Shown here in pieces: positions 52,438 through 63,389 of a stretch of 64,000 bases of DNA. How positions within the stretch are numbered: position 1 is the stretch's first letter; each line of letters begins with the position of its first letter. A model generated the notes under the pieces. The model saw only the letters and a program-made list of their open reading frames with translations, did not search any database and was not told the DNA's origin. The position numbers and the translations under genes are program-made. The stretch is from Cyanidioschyzon merolae (Eukaryota): the NCBI GenBank assembly GCA_000091205.1, contig AP006491.2. One strand, written 5' to 3'.

Positions 52438-54948
52438 ATGCGTTCCAACGGAACAATCACCACACCCGAGCGTCCGTACAGGCCATGGTGGAAAGCCGAG
52501 CAAGTCCAGCAAGCACTCGAGCGCGGTACAGTGGTGGCAGGAGAACTTCGTGTGAACGCCAAACAACCTGGGGAAGCTTTCGTGCGCAGCGTGCACCACA
52601 AAAGAGATATCTTTATCCAGCGGGAGCAGCTTCGCAACCGAGCGCTCGACGGAGACCTCGTTGCCGTGTTGGTAAAGACGCGTCCACGACGCAACAGCAA
52701 CTCAGCAGCAGTACCAGTAGCAGTTCAGGACTCGTGTTCCGAGCCGTCGACCTCTGACGGGTCGTCGCTCGGAGCCAGCGCCGAACTCGAACGTGACAAG
52801 GCGCTAGGAACACTGCCTCTGGGTCAACCGAGGACGCACCTGGAGCCGGCCGAAGGCCCAGAACCCGAACACCTATGCGGGCGAGTCGTTGCTGTTTTGG
52901 AGCGCCACCGACCCCGATACATATTTGGGCGAGTGGAACGACACGATTCACTTCTGTGTTTGTCACCAGATGATCGACGTCTACCAAGGTTTCAAATCGA
53001 GCTGGTTGGCTTCTGCGCTCGCGCTAGGGAACGCCTGTATCGAAGCGTTGGTCATCTAGCTGTCGCAACGTTCACGGGCCGTTGGCATACACACGACACC
53101 TTCCCGCGGTGTGCGCTCTTGCGACTCTGGGACGAGAGCGATGACCTCGCTGCTGGCATGTCGCTTATTCGCTACAAGTTTTCTGTACCACCGGCTACGG
53201 CCTCGTGCTGGATACCGCTTTCGAAAGCAGTTGCCTGGGATGCATCCGCTGCGGGTACCGCTTGGGATGCCTGCTCAAAAAGTCATAACATTCGTGACTG
53301 GCGCGACGCTGTTCGGGCGTTCACCATCGACCCGGAGACGAGTCGCGACCTCGACGATGCGCTGTCGGTGCGCTGGGATCCCGATGCAAATGGGTACCGC
53401 GTTGGCATCCATATCGCAGACGTGTCGGCCTATGTACAAACTGGGACCCTATTGGATGAGGAGGCAGCACGCCGAGGCACTAGTTTCTACTTTATGGACC
53501 ATGCAGTACCGATGTTGCCGCCAGCGCTTAGCGAAGACCTCTGCTCGCTGCTCCCCGGACGCGATCGACGAACCGTATCGGTAGAGATTCTGCTGACAAC
53601 AGATGGGACAGTGCAGGGTGAGCCCTGGATCGGTCGCGGGCTTATCCGGAGTTGCGCCAAGCTCTCGTATCAGCAGGTCCAGCGGATCCTGCGGGATCGG
53701 GATCCGTCTCAAGTTTCCGATCCGTTGATAGCGGACGTGCATCTCCTGTACCGTTTGGCAATGCAGAGGCGGCAACAGCGACGCGCTCGGGGCGCGCTCC
53801 TACAGTTTCAACGCCAGCTGTCGCTGGAGCGAGTGCGCGCTATTCGTTCATTCGCGAACCTGAAGAAGACGGGCGAACCAGACGGTGCACATTGGCTCGT
53901 GGAGGAATTCATGCTCCTGGCGAATGAACAGATCGCGAGGTTCCTCCAGCGGCACTGTCCCCGGGAGGCACTCCTGCGACGTCATCCGCCGTTCGATAAA
54001 ACGCTCGTGGAGCGTATTACCCAGTGGGCGACAAAGCGAGGCCTCGCATTCACAGCAAGCGATACGCAAGCGCTCCAAACGAGTCTGGATGCGCTAGCGG
54101 ACACAGCACCGATCGCAATGATCGTTCTCCGCAACAAACTTACCAAGGCGATGGCGACTGCTGAATACATCTGTGCTGGTGCCTTTGACGATGCAGCCGC
54201 TTACCGTCACACTGCACTCGACCTGGATGTGTATACGCATTTTACCAGCCCGATACGGCGCTATGCGGACATCATTGTGCACCGACAGGTGCTTTCGGTG
54301 TTGGACGCGCCAAGTGAGGCACGGTCTGGTTCCCAGAAGCCGGTTGCTCAGCAGGTCGAAGCCGTCTCCGCGATCGCTGCACACTGCAACCAGCGCAAGA
54401 AGGATGCCGACGCTGCGGAGTCGGCGGCTGCTTGGCTCCATCTCGCACAAGAGCTCCAGGTCGAGCCGCTCGAGTGCGATGCGATCATTGGGGGTTTCCC
54501 GAACAGTTGCCGTTGCTTGGATGTATATGTACCAGTTCTGGACCTGGAGGTCGTACTGGACTTTACAAGGGACCTCGGCGCTTCGGTTTGTCTGCAGACC
54601 AGGGATCCAGTGACAGGTCTGGAGGAGCTCGAACTCGAATGGCCAGTGCATATACTGAGACCGTACGGCCTGGATGAGGCGCGCACGTCGTTCATTGTGG
54701 GGCTCGGCAAGTCGAGCGGGACCCATCCCGCCGCCTCACTGGTGTCAGAGGCGTGGACGATCCGAGTGCGTCTCCGAGAACTCGATACCTGTCGAGTACT
54801 CGTTTCGGGGGAGACTCGACCCTATGTCCACGCTCGCGTGCAGCTGATTCTAGACAGATGCAGTCCAGCGGACGCGCAGCGATACGTTCTGCGAGTTGCA
54901 AGCGTGCCGTGCCTATTGACGGAAAGCGACCACGACTTGCTCGACTAG
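52438..54948 (+). CDS. DIS3L2: RNase II/RNB-family 3'-5' exoribonuclease, DIS3L2-like (cold-shock domains + RNB + S1; no PIN domain)
   Basis: The N-terminus reads WKAEQVQQALERGTVVAGELRVNAKQPGEAFV...DIFIQREQLRNRALDGDLVAV. The RNB catalytic motifs are RDWRDAVRAFTIDPETSRDLDDALSV, and HFTSPIRRYADIIVHRQ. No PIN domain precedes them. Confidence 0.8.
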   Translation: MRSNGTITTPERPYRPWWKAEQVQQALERGTVVAGELRVNAKQPGEAFVRSVHHKRDIFIQREQLRNRALDGDLVAVLVKTRPRRNSNSAAVPVAVQDSCSEPSTSDGSSLGASAELERDKALGTLPLGQPRTHLEPAEGPEPEHLCGRVVAVLERHRPRYIFGRVERHDSLLCLSPDDRRLPRFQIELVGFCARARERLYRSVGHLAVATFTGRWHTHDTFPRCALLRLWDESDDLAAGMSLIRYKFSVPPATASCWIPLSKAVAWDASAAGTAWDACSKSHNIRDWRDAVRAFTIDPETSRDLDDALSVRWDPDANGYRVGIHIADVSAYVQTGTLLDEEAARRGTSFYFMDHAVPMLPPALSEDLCSLLPGRDRRTVSVEILLTTDGTVQGEPWIGRGLIRSCAKLSYQQVQRILRDRDPSQVSDPLIADVHLLYRLAMQRRQQRRARGALLQFQRQLSLERVRAIRSFANLKKTGEPDGAHWLVEEFMLLANEQIARFLQRHCPREALLRRHPPFDKTLVERITQWATKRGLAFTASDTQALQTSLDALADTAPIAMIVLRNKLTKAMATAEYICAGAFDDAAAYRHTALDLDVYTHFTSPIRRYADIIVHRQVLSVLDAPSEARSGSQKPVAQQVEAVSAIAAHCNQRKKDADAAESAAAWLHLAQELQVEPLECDAIIGGFPNSCRCLDVYVPVLDLEVVLDFTRDLGASVCLQTRDPVTGLEELELEWPVHILRPYGLDEARTSFIVGLGKSSGTHPAASLVSEAWTIRVRLRELDTCRVLVSGETRPYVHARVQLILDRCSPADAQRYVLRVASVPCLLTESDHDLLD

Positions 54949-56017
54949 TTGCTGCTGAATGTTTGGTTCGTGTACTACTAGAACGCTGGGTGTTCAGCGG
55001 CTAGGACGCTGCTCAAGGATGCTGAAAGCGACCGCAACTCTCTCGACAAGCAGCAGTAAAAGCACCTGAGTTTGCATGTCTGACTCGTGTACCGCTGGAA
55101 TGATGTCCATTCAGCGGCTAGGGCACTGCTGCGCTACCGCATGGCGCGTACGCAGTTGCACCGGGTGCCGCGGAGCGAATTATAGACTATGTCGCCACGC
55201 TGTATGCTTGGCCGCTTGAAGCCGCTCCCTGAAAACAAGCACATACACACATACATAGACGCGTACACACACTGCGTGGTCAGGCAGGTCTGCGGCAGGT
55301 CACAAGGCGGCTGAACCGTAGAGCAAGCGCCCTTTTATTCGAGGTGCGTGCGCGCTGCACCCCAGACTTTGGCATAGACTTGTCCGACAAGCTTGGATTG
55401 CACTCCTAAGCGGAAAAGTGAGCAAGCTACGGCACCGGCTCTGCTTGAACGTAAACACACAGTACCTACTACAGCGGTCAACGTGACGCTGCAGGCCGGG
55501 GCCGCTATTTCGGGCACCGGGGGGGCTGCTGCGCGGCCCCGGGTAGCCCACAGACACCGCGGAAGCGACTCAGTTCCAGCGAAAAATTCCAACCTTTCCT
55601 CTACTATGCTTCTACTGCACAGTCTCAGTATCGATAAGAGAACAACACACTTGCCAATAGCCCTGGACACGTCCGTCTACGAAGCACCACGCAGTGCGTG
55701 TGTCTGCCAAAGTCTTCCACGGGGAGCAGCGAAACGTTGTGTCCGCTCATCAGGAAGCGTCCCTGGGTCTCGTCCGACGCTCCTGAGTGCACAGAGGCAG
55801 CCGAGCACCCACCGAGGGCAACCTCGAACACCGTCGAGAAGGCGTCGGGCGTCTCCACTGTGTTTCTCGAGTGCCCTGCCCTGGGCAGGCACTGGAAGAG
55901 CACTCACGGGCGACGCGCGGCGCGCTGTTCTCCTGTTTGAATACCCGCGGCAGCGTCAGAGGCGCCTTGTTCGCTGCTGAGCGTCCCTGACAGGCCCCTG
56001 GGAAGCAGTACGAAACG

Positions 56018-57166
56018 ATGGAAACGGACCGGCTCAAGGTCGACAGTTTAGACGCGGAGATCACTGCCACTTTGCGGATTATCGAGCTGAACTTTTTGAA
56101 TGCACTCGAGCAAGTTGACCGTATCCAGCGAGTGGCGAAACGCTACGTGCAGAGTGCAGAGAAACTGCGGGCGTTTGCCGCACCCTGGCGAAACCTCTTT
56201 CACTCCATAGCACGTGATACGTCTGGAGAGCGTCAGGTGGAGACGAGACCAGCTCCAGGCGGAGGTAGCAGTGAAAATAATCTTCACGAGAGACTCGTGA
56301 GTCTGCCTCAGTCGATGCGTGAGTCGTTGGCGCGGCTTCGCGCTTTCTTGCCGCACAAGCCGCGCACTGCGGACTGGGGAAACTTTTCAGGGCTGCTCGA
56401 GGACGATGTAGATGATGATGACGACGACGCTCCGTTTCTTTGTAGGGTTTCCGAACGCCGCGCGGATGCGGGCGACGCTTTTTGCGAGACCTCGTCGGGG
56501 CCGGTGCGAGCAGTCGGGACGCACGGACGCACGTCGTCTCTCGTGGAGGGCATAGCAGGAATGCCTGTCGCTTCACACGATGAAAGCAGTGCAGCTGCTG
56601 GGGAGCATGTTTTCTACAAGAGACCGTCGACGAACCCGAACTTGTGCGCGCGCTGGCCGCAGCAGACTGACGCCACCGGAGCAGCTAATACCCCAGCAGC
56701 CACAGTGCCGCGGCACGACCTCGTTGGTCCGGGTGTATATGAACCTATTCACGCCGATCGTGGACTTGGACGTTGTTCTCGTACGGCGGACAATAACGAA
56801 TTGGAACTCGAACGGTTTCCGGAAAAGTTTCGTGATGGTGATGGCGCTCGGCAGCTGCAACAGCTGTACGCTGTGTTTTGCCAGCATCCTTCTGTTGCAC
56901 TCAGTGCGGCGGATTTGGCCGCTATGCTGGACGGCTCACACAGTCTGGAGGTTTTGGAACTTGTCTGTGAACTACTGGCGAGCCGCAATTACCTGCTAAG
57001 CGTGCTTGGGTCGGGGTCAGTTCGGCAATGGATGCTTGCGCCACGGTATGACGAGCCGAGCTCGATAGTCACCGGCGCGCTGGGTGGTTCCAGCGAGACG
57101 CTCGACAGCATTGCCGCATCCAGTTTTTCCGTCATCGATACCGCCTTGTCGATAGACGAAATGTAA
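56018..57166 (+). CDS. Hypothetical protein (N-terminal helical/coiled-coil segment, acidic DDDDDD tract, C-terminal helical domain)
   Basis: Uninterrupted 382-codon ORF with eukaryote-like composition. No confident family assignment. The N-terminus reads METDRLKVDSLDAEITATLRIIELNFLNALEQVDRIQRVAKRYVQSAEKLRA. Confidence 0.3.
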   Translation: METDRLKVDSLDAEITATLRIIELNFLNALEQVDRIQRVAKRYVQSAEKLRAFAAPWRNLFHSIARDTSGERQVETRPAPGGGSSENNLHERLVSLPQSMRESLARLRAFLPHKPRTADWGNFSGLLEDDVDDDDDDAPFLCRVSERRADAGDAFCETSSGPVRAVGTHGRTSSLVEGIAGMPVASHDESSAAAGEHVFYKRPSTNPNLCARWPQQTDATGAANTPAATVPRHDLVGPGVYEPIHADRGLGRCSRTADNNELELERFPEKFRDGDGARQLQQLYAVFCQHPSVALSAADLAAMLDGSHSLEVLELVCELLASRNYLLSVLGSGSVRQWMLAPRYDEPSSIVTGALGGSSETLDSIAASSFSVIDTALSIDEM

Positions 57167-58511
57167 AAAGTGGTACACCGCAGGGCCTGTATGCACATGT
57201 AATCAAAAACATCCGGCTACAGCGTTGTTCGGTCGTTCACAGCATGATTCGGGTCTCGTGAGAAACATCTGGTGAACGACCTTTGCGGGATAATGGGGTT
57301 TCAGATAAGGTCTGTACCAAGATACGGTACAACGAAGCGTCTTGACCTGATGCAAGCGGCTTTATCATGGTCCAAATGGACAAATGGCGTGCCCGAAGTG
57401 GAATGCGCTCAAACCATGCTTCCTCCGGTGCATCATCCTGCATGAAGGACGGCATGCGTTGGAGCGTAGCGCTCGAGCACCGCACGAGACGCGCGACTGG
57501 TGCGCAGTATCTTCCAGGACTTACGCGATCCGCAACGACTGGCGGGTAGAGCTGGTGCACGGCAGAGCGGCAGCGTTCCAATTGTACTGAAGCGCGAGAC
57601 CACCCGACGGCGTACGAAGCGTCTCTACTCCGTTTATTGGCAGCGTGTGCACCCTCGCGGGAATGCTGCTTCGAACTGTGTTCCAGCAGATTTCGAAAAT
57701 GCACTGGCAACCAATCGTTCTGAGGCAACGACATCGAGTGCTGTAACAGTGGCCAAGCTATCGACACGCGCATGCAACCACGAAAGCGCACAAACGCTCA
57801 GGCGCTTCTGTGCAGAGCGGTGTACCTGCTCACGGGTCTGGGCGCTTTACTCAACCTGTCTTTAACACTTGGCGACAACTATAAACGACAAAATTACAAA
57901 CAAATGAAGGTCCAGCGGCCTCTCGTGGTGCGCGTGCACGCCTTGCACGGTGCAGCTGTGCTCGCGAGAGCGCCTTCCGGCAAACACCAGCAGCAACAGC
58001 GCAGTGCGCTGCTCTAACCTCCGTAGCCCGCTGAAGACGCGCGATCCCAGCTATCCATCCAAGACGGCCTTCGGACTCGTATCCCGTTGACGGAATGCAT
58101 GGAGGTATCGCAGGTATGCTCGTCGTAGCTGCCGCACCCAAGCGACGAACTCGAGGGCGTAGGCCGAGGCACGCGTACTCCTAGTCAGGGCTGGAAGACC
58201 CAAAAAAACAGAAATGTACAGATTACATGAGACCCCCGCCAGCGCCAGCGCCCGCGCCAGCGCCGCTCGTGACGCTGTCCCACGCTGACGCAACGTTTCC
58301 CTGCCCGAGGTACCATCGATGCGTCTCAGCGGGCATCTCGCCGCTGCGCTATGCTTATTTGGAAACGGAGAAGCAACCGCCAAACCACTCCAGAAACTCA
58401 CCCTGCCTGCTGGGGATTCTTTCAGAGAACAACCCCAGCGCGTACCCGTCGGGCGTCACGCTTGGTTCTTCAAGGCGTTCGCCAGGTGCGTGCCTTCCTG
58501 CATCACCGCTG

Positions 58512-58878
58512 CTGCTGATCTCTACTACAGATCTCTACTCATTGCTGATCTCTACTACAGATCTCTACTCATTGCTGATTGCTGATCTCTACTCATTGCT
58601 GATCTCTACTACAGATCTCTACTCGTTGCTGATTGCTGATCTCTACTCGTTGGTGATTGCTGATCTCTACTCGTTGCTGATTGCTGATCTCTACTCGTTG
58701 GTGATTGCTGATCTCTACTCATTGCTGATTGCTGATCTCTACTCATTGCTGATTGCTGATCTCTACTCATTGCTGATTGCTGATCTCTACTCGTTGCTGA
58801 TTGCTGATCTCTACTCGTTGCTGATTGCTGATCTCTACTCATTGCTGATTGCTGATCTCTACTCATTGCTGATTGCTG
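58512..58878. repeat. Minisatellite: about 15 tandem 24-bp units GATCTCTACTC(A/G)TTG(C/G)TGATTGCT, with some 13-bp variants
   Basis: Read directly (ctctactcattgctgattgctgat repeated). It lies inside ORF 58227..59030, where it encodes (DLYSLLIA)n. Confidence 0.9.
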
Positions 58879-59441
58879 CCGCTGCATCACCGCCGGGGAT
58901 CGGCGCCGATTGGCCGACGCGATCGAGAGGCCGTCGAGTCGGCGCCGTCGACCGCTCCTCCCATACCTCCTGCAACGCCTCGTGGTACGCCTCCATTGAG
59001 GTTCAACACACAGGACGCCATTACGCTTGACAGCTTGGGTAACGAAACAGTGTTCACTGCTCTAGCGGTTCGGTGTGGTGTCCACTGGTAGTAGGTAGAG
59101 CCAAGTGGGGAAACGCACACGTCTACGTTTCTGGAGGCCTTGCTCAAACGTGCGTTTTCTCGGAACGCAGAGGCGCTCTGGGGTACGACCAGCGCAAGCC
59201 TTTCCTGAGGTTGCCCGCGGTGCCGGGAGCGCGCTCGACACACGCGTGCGTCTGAACGCACGACAACGGGTAAGTTTCGCGGAACCTCGGTGTGTGGTGA
59301 CGGGAGCTGCTGCGGCACTGGAGCGCCCGGTCACGAGGCTTCGAGGACCTGCGTCTGCGTCAGGAACCTAACTGGTGTTGGTGTTCCGCGCGGAGGGCGC
59401 CTGACTTTTGCGTCAGTCCGTCAGTCTGTTAGTCTGTACTC

Positions 59442-61109
59442 GTGACTTGGACGCGCCAGGCAAGTCGTGAAGAGAGGATGCGCCTCGCCAGCGAGAGTTA
59501 CGCGACGCACGCACTGCCCGAGAGCAGTCATCTACCCGAAGACGACACGACCTGGGAACGTGGGACCGAACCCGTATCGCTTCTGGTCGCAAAACTGGAG
59601 CCGCTTCTGAGAGCCGGTGACGAAGGCAACTGGCGTGACATGGTATGTGTCAGAAAGCTGGCCGCATTGAAAGAGCGCCTCCTGGAAGAGCGGCAACGAG
59701 AGCAACGCCAGCAGCAGGCCGCTACGGTGCCTGGTGGCTACGAAAACGACCCCACTGGTGCGCAACTGCAGGCGCAAACGCTTCACACCGTGAATGCAGC
59801 GCTTGATAAAATTAACCGGCGCTTTGAGTACATGCGTCAACAGGGACATAACTGGGGATACGGGTCACGCATTGCAGAACCGCTTGCCACTCCATGGAAT
59901 GACGTGTGGCATGCACCGCCGGTGGAGGCAGCGCTCGGCACCTCGGCATCGAGAAAAGTTCGGGTGCTGCGGCGCAACAACTCCGCGCTGCGACTCGCCC
60001 TGGCAGGATCCCTCTTTATTGATCGCTTAGATGTTGAGGGTCCACAGGGTCGCAATTCTCCGGCCGGTGAGGGCGTTCGCGATGCCGTCCTCTACGAGTA
60101 CATGGACGCAGCAGAGTTTCGACAACGTCAGCTTCTGGAAATAGAGCGAGCGCGGCGGAGTGAGAGTCTTGACCTCGATGATGACGCATCGACGCCACAA
60201 GAGACTGGTGATTCCGAAGACAGCGAACACGGAGCACATGAACACCACGAATCCGTCAGCACCCAAGCAGACGCCGGACACTCCGATCCATCGCATGTGG
60301 TGAATGCGTCGCCACCGGAGCGCGAAACGCAGTCGAACCTGCAACGTGTCGCTCCGAGTTCCGGTATATTTGCACAATCGCATCTGTCCCGAATATACGC
60401 TAGCACCGAAGAGGAGTACCGAGAACAGCTCATGGCTGCATCGTTGCTCACCAGCCTCGATCGCCGCCGACGTTTTCGAGAATCCAGCGCGCAGCGTGAG
60501 CCCGTGACACCCTCGCTGCGTTCGGAGTCCACCACGACGCATACAGACCGGAGTGCAGAAGACACACAGCAAGTGGTTTATGCGATGCGCTCACAGAGCC
60601 CGGCCCCAGATCCACTGAGCAAGGCGCCAGGATCCACAGACGCCTCGGCTTGTCGTACGTCAGGTGTCTCCAGTGGGTCCAGCACGAACTCTGCTCCACT
60701 GGGTTCCGTTCAAGAGCTGGGGGGTTCCGGACGCTATCGACCCGGCAGCAATGCGGCACCATCACGTTTCTGCCACGTCTGCGCACGCACCAAGGACTTA
60801 CAGACTTGTGCAAACCTGCCAACTGGCTGCCGCAAAGTCACCTGTGCCAAGTGCTTTGAGGACCACGGCTGGGTACGTTCCGATGCCTGGGTGTGCACAC
60901 ATTGCCGCGGTGTGTGTCCAGAACGCTCGCAATGTCAAATTTATCGATTATCCAATCGCAACCGCAGCGCCAAGAATCGACGTCATGGACAAGGCAGATA
61001 TGCTGGTGCGAGGACACCAGCCGCCGCCGCCGCCGCCACGACCGCGTCGACTACAACTACTTCTACTACCACCAGCGGTGTTCATCGCAAGCGCGTGCGG
61101 CACTCGTGA
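59442..61109 (+). CDS. CDCA7-like protein with a C-terminal zf-4CXXC_R1 zinc-finger domain
   Basis: The C-terminus reads FCHVCARTKDLQTCANLPTGCRKVTCAKCFEDHGWVRSDAWVCTHCRGVCPERSQCQ. It matches the CDCA7/JPO zf-4CXXC_R1 pattern CHQCRQKT.DTKT.C.N..C.GVRGQFCGPCLRNRYGE.......W.CPPCRGICNCS.CR in Cys spacing and the W.C..CRG.C core. The N-terminal 450 aa are low-complexity and acidic. Confidence 0.5.
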   Translation: MTWTRQASREERMRLASESYATHALPESSHLPEDDTTWERGTEPVSLLVAKLEPLLRAGDEGNWRDMVCVRKLAALKERLLEERQREQRQQQAATVPGGYENDPTGAQLQAQTLHTVNAALDKINRRFEYMRQQGHNWGYGSRIAEPLATPWNDVWHAPPVEAALGTSASRKVRVLRRNNSALRLALAGSLFIDRLDVEGPQGRNSPAGEGVRDAVLYEYMDAAEFRQRQLLEIERARRSESLDLDDDASTPQETGDSEDSEHGAHEHHESVSTQADAGHSDPSHVVNASPPERETQSNLQRVAPSSGIFAQSHLSRIYASTEEEYREQLMAASLLTSLDRRRRFRESSAQREPVTPSLRSESTTTHTDRSAEDTQQVVYAMRSQSPAPDPLSKAPGSTDASACRTSGVSSGSSTNSAPLGSVQELGGSGRYRPGSNAAPSRFCHVCARTKDLQTCANLPTGCRKVTCAKCFEDHGWVRSDAWVCTHCRGVCPERSQCQIYRLSNRNRSAKNRRHGQGRYAGARTPAAAAAATTASTTTTSTTTSGVHRKRVRHS

Positions 61110-61459
61110 TACACGTCTGGGTTGTTGTGCTCGCACGACGGGTGCGTTCCTTATTTGACGCACTGTTCATGCGAATGCCTTGCGTCACGAGCGGTGCCCG
61201 ATAGATGCGCATGGGCATCGAATGCGTACGTCCGAGTCCGATATGCACGTAGCGGCCTGACGGCATATGCCAGTCTGCAAACGATCCACTGCACTGAACC
61301 GTTTTTAGAACGTCTAGATGCGTTTTGTCGCGAAAATGGTGTACGGATTCGGCTTGCATCGCTTGCACTCGTATTGGATGCGGCGGCTGCCTGTCCGAGG
61401 TTCGCGCTCCATCGCAACAGCGATAATGTTGGGTATTAAGGAGCCTGGTGACATTGGCT

Positions 61460-62980
61460 CTACTTGTTTGCTCCTGTTGCTGGTGCTTCCGCTTGCTGTG
61501 CGGCATCCACAAAGCCCGCTAGAACGTCAGCGATGCGTCGGGTTTCATCGCGAGCGCGTTCGTCATCACCAAGGAGCCGCTTGATCAGGGCCTGGAAGCC
61601 ATCATGCGCCGGGTCCGAGCCGCAAGTCGCCGCTATTCGCGCTGCGTACTCGAGCAGGCCAACCATCATCACCGCCTCGGCGGCTGCGCAGAGCGCCGGA
61701 TCCACGTCGTCAGCCGATACCTTTCCAATCCCCAGCTGCCGATACGCTCTCAACAGCGGACTCTTCTGAAGCGCGTCTAAAAGCAAACGTCTAGAGCTAG
61801 AGCACTCACAGCTCGTGTTTGCATCTTGAATCCGCAACGGGGTTACCGCCAGATGACGAGAGAGATGCAGCGTCCAGATTTGAATGAGCGTTTCCATGAA
61901 CTCGGCGAGCTGCTTCTCGTCCATTGCGATTGCATATCCCCGCATCAGGCCTCGAATCGTGATTTGTACCTCAGTTAGCGCTCTAGCGGTTTCCTGCTGC
62001 GTCGACAGACGTTTCATGTGGAGAAGACGCGGACGCCACGCACACGGGCGTACCGTGCTCGCGGAGGCATCCTCCGACGGCACCGGTGTGCGGTTTGAGG
62101 TGCCCGACGCCTCAACGACCGGCCGACGACGCACCATAGCGAGACCCCGGGGCATCCCTGTTGCCGGATCGAGGACGCTCATCGCTCGATACAGGTCCGG
62201 GAGTGCCACCCAGTGTGGTGGGTACTTGAAGCGCGCCACATCAAGGATCAGGGCACGATCCGACACCTCGTCGTATGCAGCAATCGGGGAAAAATGCCCG
62301 GTGCCTGTTTGCTGCAGGGCCTCGCGGGCGTAGCAAAGCACCAGGAACCCGCTACCGTTTCGGGGGTCCCGATCACTGCACATTCGTTGGAGAGACTCAC
62401 GGAAACGCTCGAGCGATAAATGCTGGGACGGTGCCACACCAGGTGCTGGTGGCTGTGCTGTCTCCACGAGGGCACCATTGCATTGACCCAGGCAGCGGAA
62501 CTCGTCCAGGGTGATGCCCTCGCGAGCGACGATATGCAGAGGCAGACAGCAATCGAGGAGCTCCTCAGAAAACCAGCGCCAGGGGCCTTTCCACGGACGT
62601 CCGGGATCGACCTGGAGCGCGTTGAGCACCATTGCGAGCGAGCCTAAACCGCAAAAGGCCGGCTCGCTTTGCGTAGTAAACTGGGATACCAAGGGCAGGA
62701 AAGGCTCTGCTAGGCCCGAAAAAAGGCTGCGCTCGAACAAAGCTCGACCCTCAGCAGAGTCCAGCGCGATGCACGTTGCCGGAAGCGGGCGACGATAGAA
62801 CGACACCGCCGGCGGAGGAGTTGCGCTCGGTATCCTCGTCGTCGTCGTCGTCGTCGTCACCGTTATCGTCTGTGGTGTCTGTGTACGCAGCACCGTGGCG
62901 TCATTCTCTGGTAGCGCAGGAGCAGGTTGTGTGCGACTCGACGGCGTCTGAACTGGGCACTGCTCAAGCGCTGGCGCCAT
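61460..62980 (-). CDS. PCS: Phytochelatin synthase (glutathione gamma-glutamylcysteinyltransferase)
   Basis: SFYRRPLPATCIALDSAEGRALFERSLFSGLAEPFLPLVSQFTTQSEPAFCGLGSLAMVLNALQVDPGRPWKGPWRWFSEELLDCC (catalytic Cys in AFCGLGSL) and QTGTGHFSPIAAYDEVSDRALILDVARFKYPPHWV (His/Asp of the triad) are present. The Met at 62980 (MAPALEQ) is chosen as the start. The ORF extends to 63181. Confidence 0.8.
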   Translation of the reverse strand: MAPALEQCPVQTPSSRTQPAPALPENDATVLRTQTPQTITVTTTTTTTRIPSATPPPAVSFYRRPLPATCIALDSAEGRALFERSLFSGLAEPFLPLVSQFTTQSEPAFCGLGSLAMVLNALQVDPGRPWKGPWRWFSEELLDCCLPLHIVAREGITLDEFRCLGQCNGALVETAQPPAPGVAPSQHLSLERFRESLQRMCSDRDPRNGSGFLVLCYAREALQQTGTGHFSPIAAYDEVSDRALILDVARFKYPPHWVALPDLYRAMSVLDPATGMPRGLAMVRRRPVVEASGTSNRTPVPSEDASASTVRPCAWRPRLLHMKRLSTQQETARALTEVQITIRGLMRGYAIAMDEKQLAEFMETLIQIWTLHLSRHLAVTPLRIQDANTSCECSSSRRLLLDALQKSPLLRAYRQLGIGKVSADDVDPALCAAAEAVMMVGLLEYAARIAATCGSDPAHDGFQALIKRLLGDDERARDETRRIADVLAGFVDAAQQAEAPATGANK

Positions 62981-63389
62981 GGTTGCTCGAGTCACCTGCG
63001 GTTGCGAACGAGTCCTCAATCTTTTAAAGCAGCCGCCACGCCCTTCGTTTTGCAGCACGCACTCAAGCGGACGCTGGAGCTTCTCGAGACGACACGCGAA
63101 CCCGTGGTAACCGCAACGTACCAACGGACGCCAAATGATCATCAGCGGCGACCAGCCTGTGAGGTGAGCACCGTCTTTCACTTGTCGTCTGCAACCCAGA
63201 CTCGGTGCTCACTAGTCAAACAAAACCCCCCTGAAGACAGTTCAACCCTTGTTTACAACACAACGACCTACAGCGCGTATCTGGCTAGGCTAGTTCGAAT
63301 CCCGTTCCCAAGTCCCGCCTGCAGACTCATGGCTTGGCCTGGGTGGTGGAGGGCGGCAGCGGCGGCGGCTGCCGCCTGGTCACGCGCGT

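Noticed and set aside
56018-57166. Assigning ORF 56018..57166 to a specific kinetochore family (e.g. SKA2/SKA3)
   Set aside because: There is only a vague resemblance (an N-terminal helix followed by a disordered acidic region) and no motif-level match. It is left as hypothetical.
63285-63310. tRNA-like T-arm string GGCTAGTTCGAATCCCG
   Set aside because: No complementary acceptor stem, D-arm or anticodon stem can be drawn in the 75 nt upstream. It is an isolated T-loop-like heptamer, not a tRNA gene.
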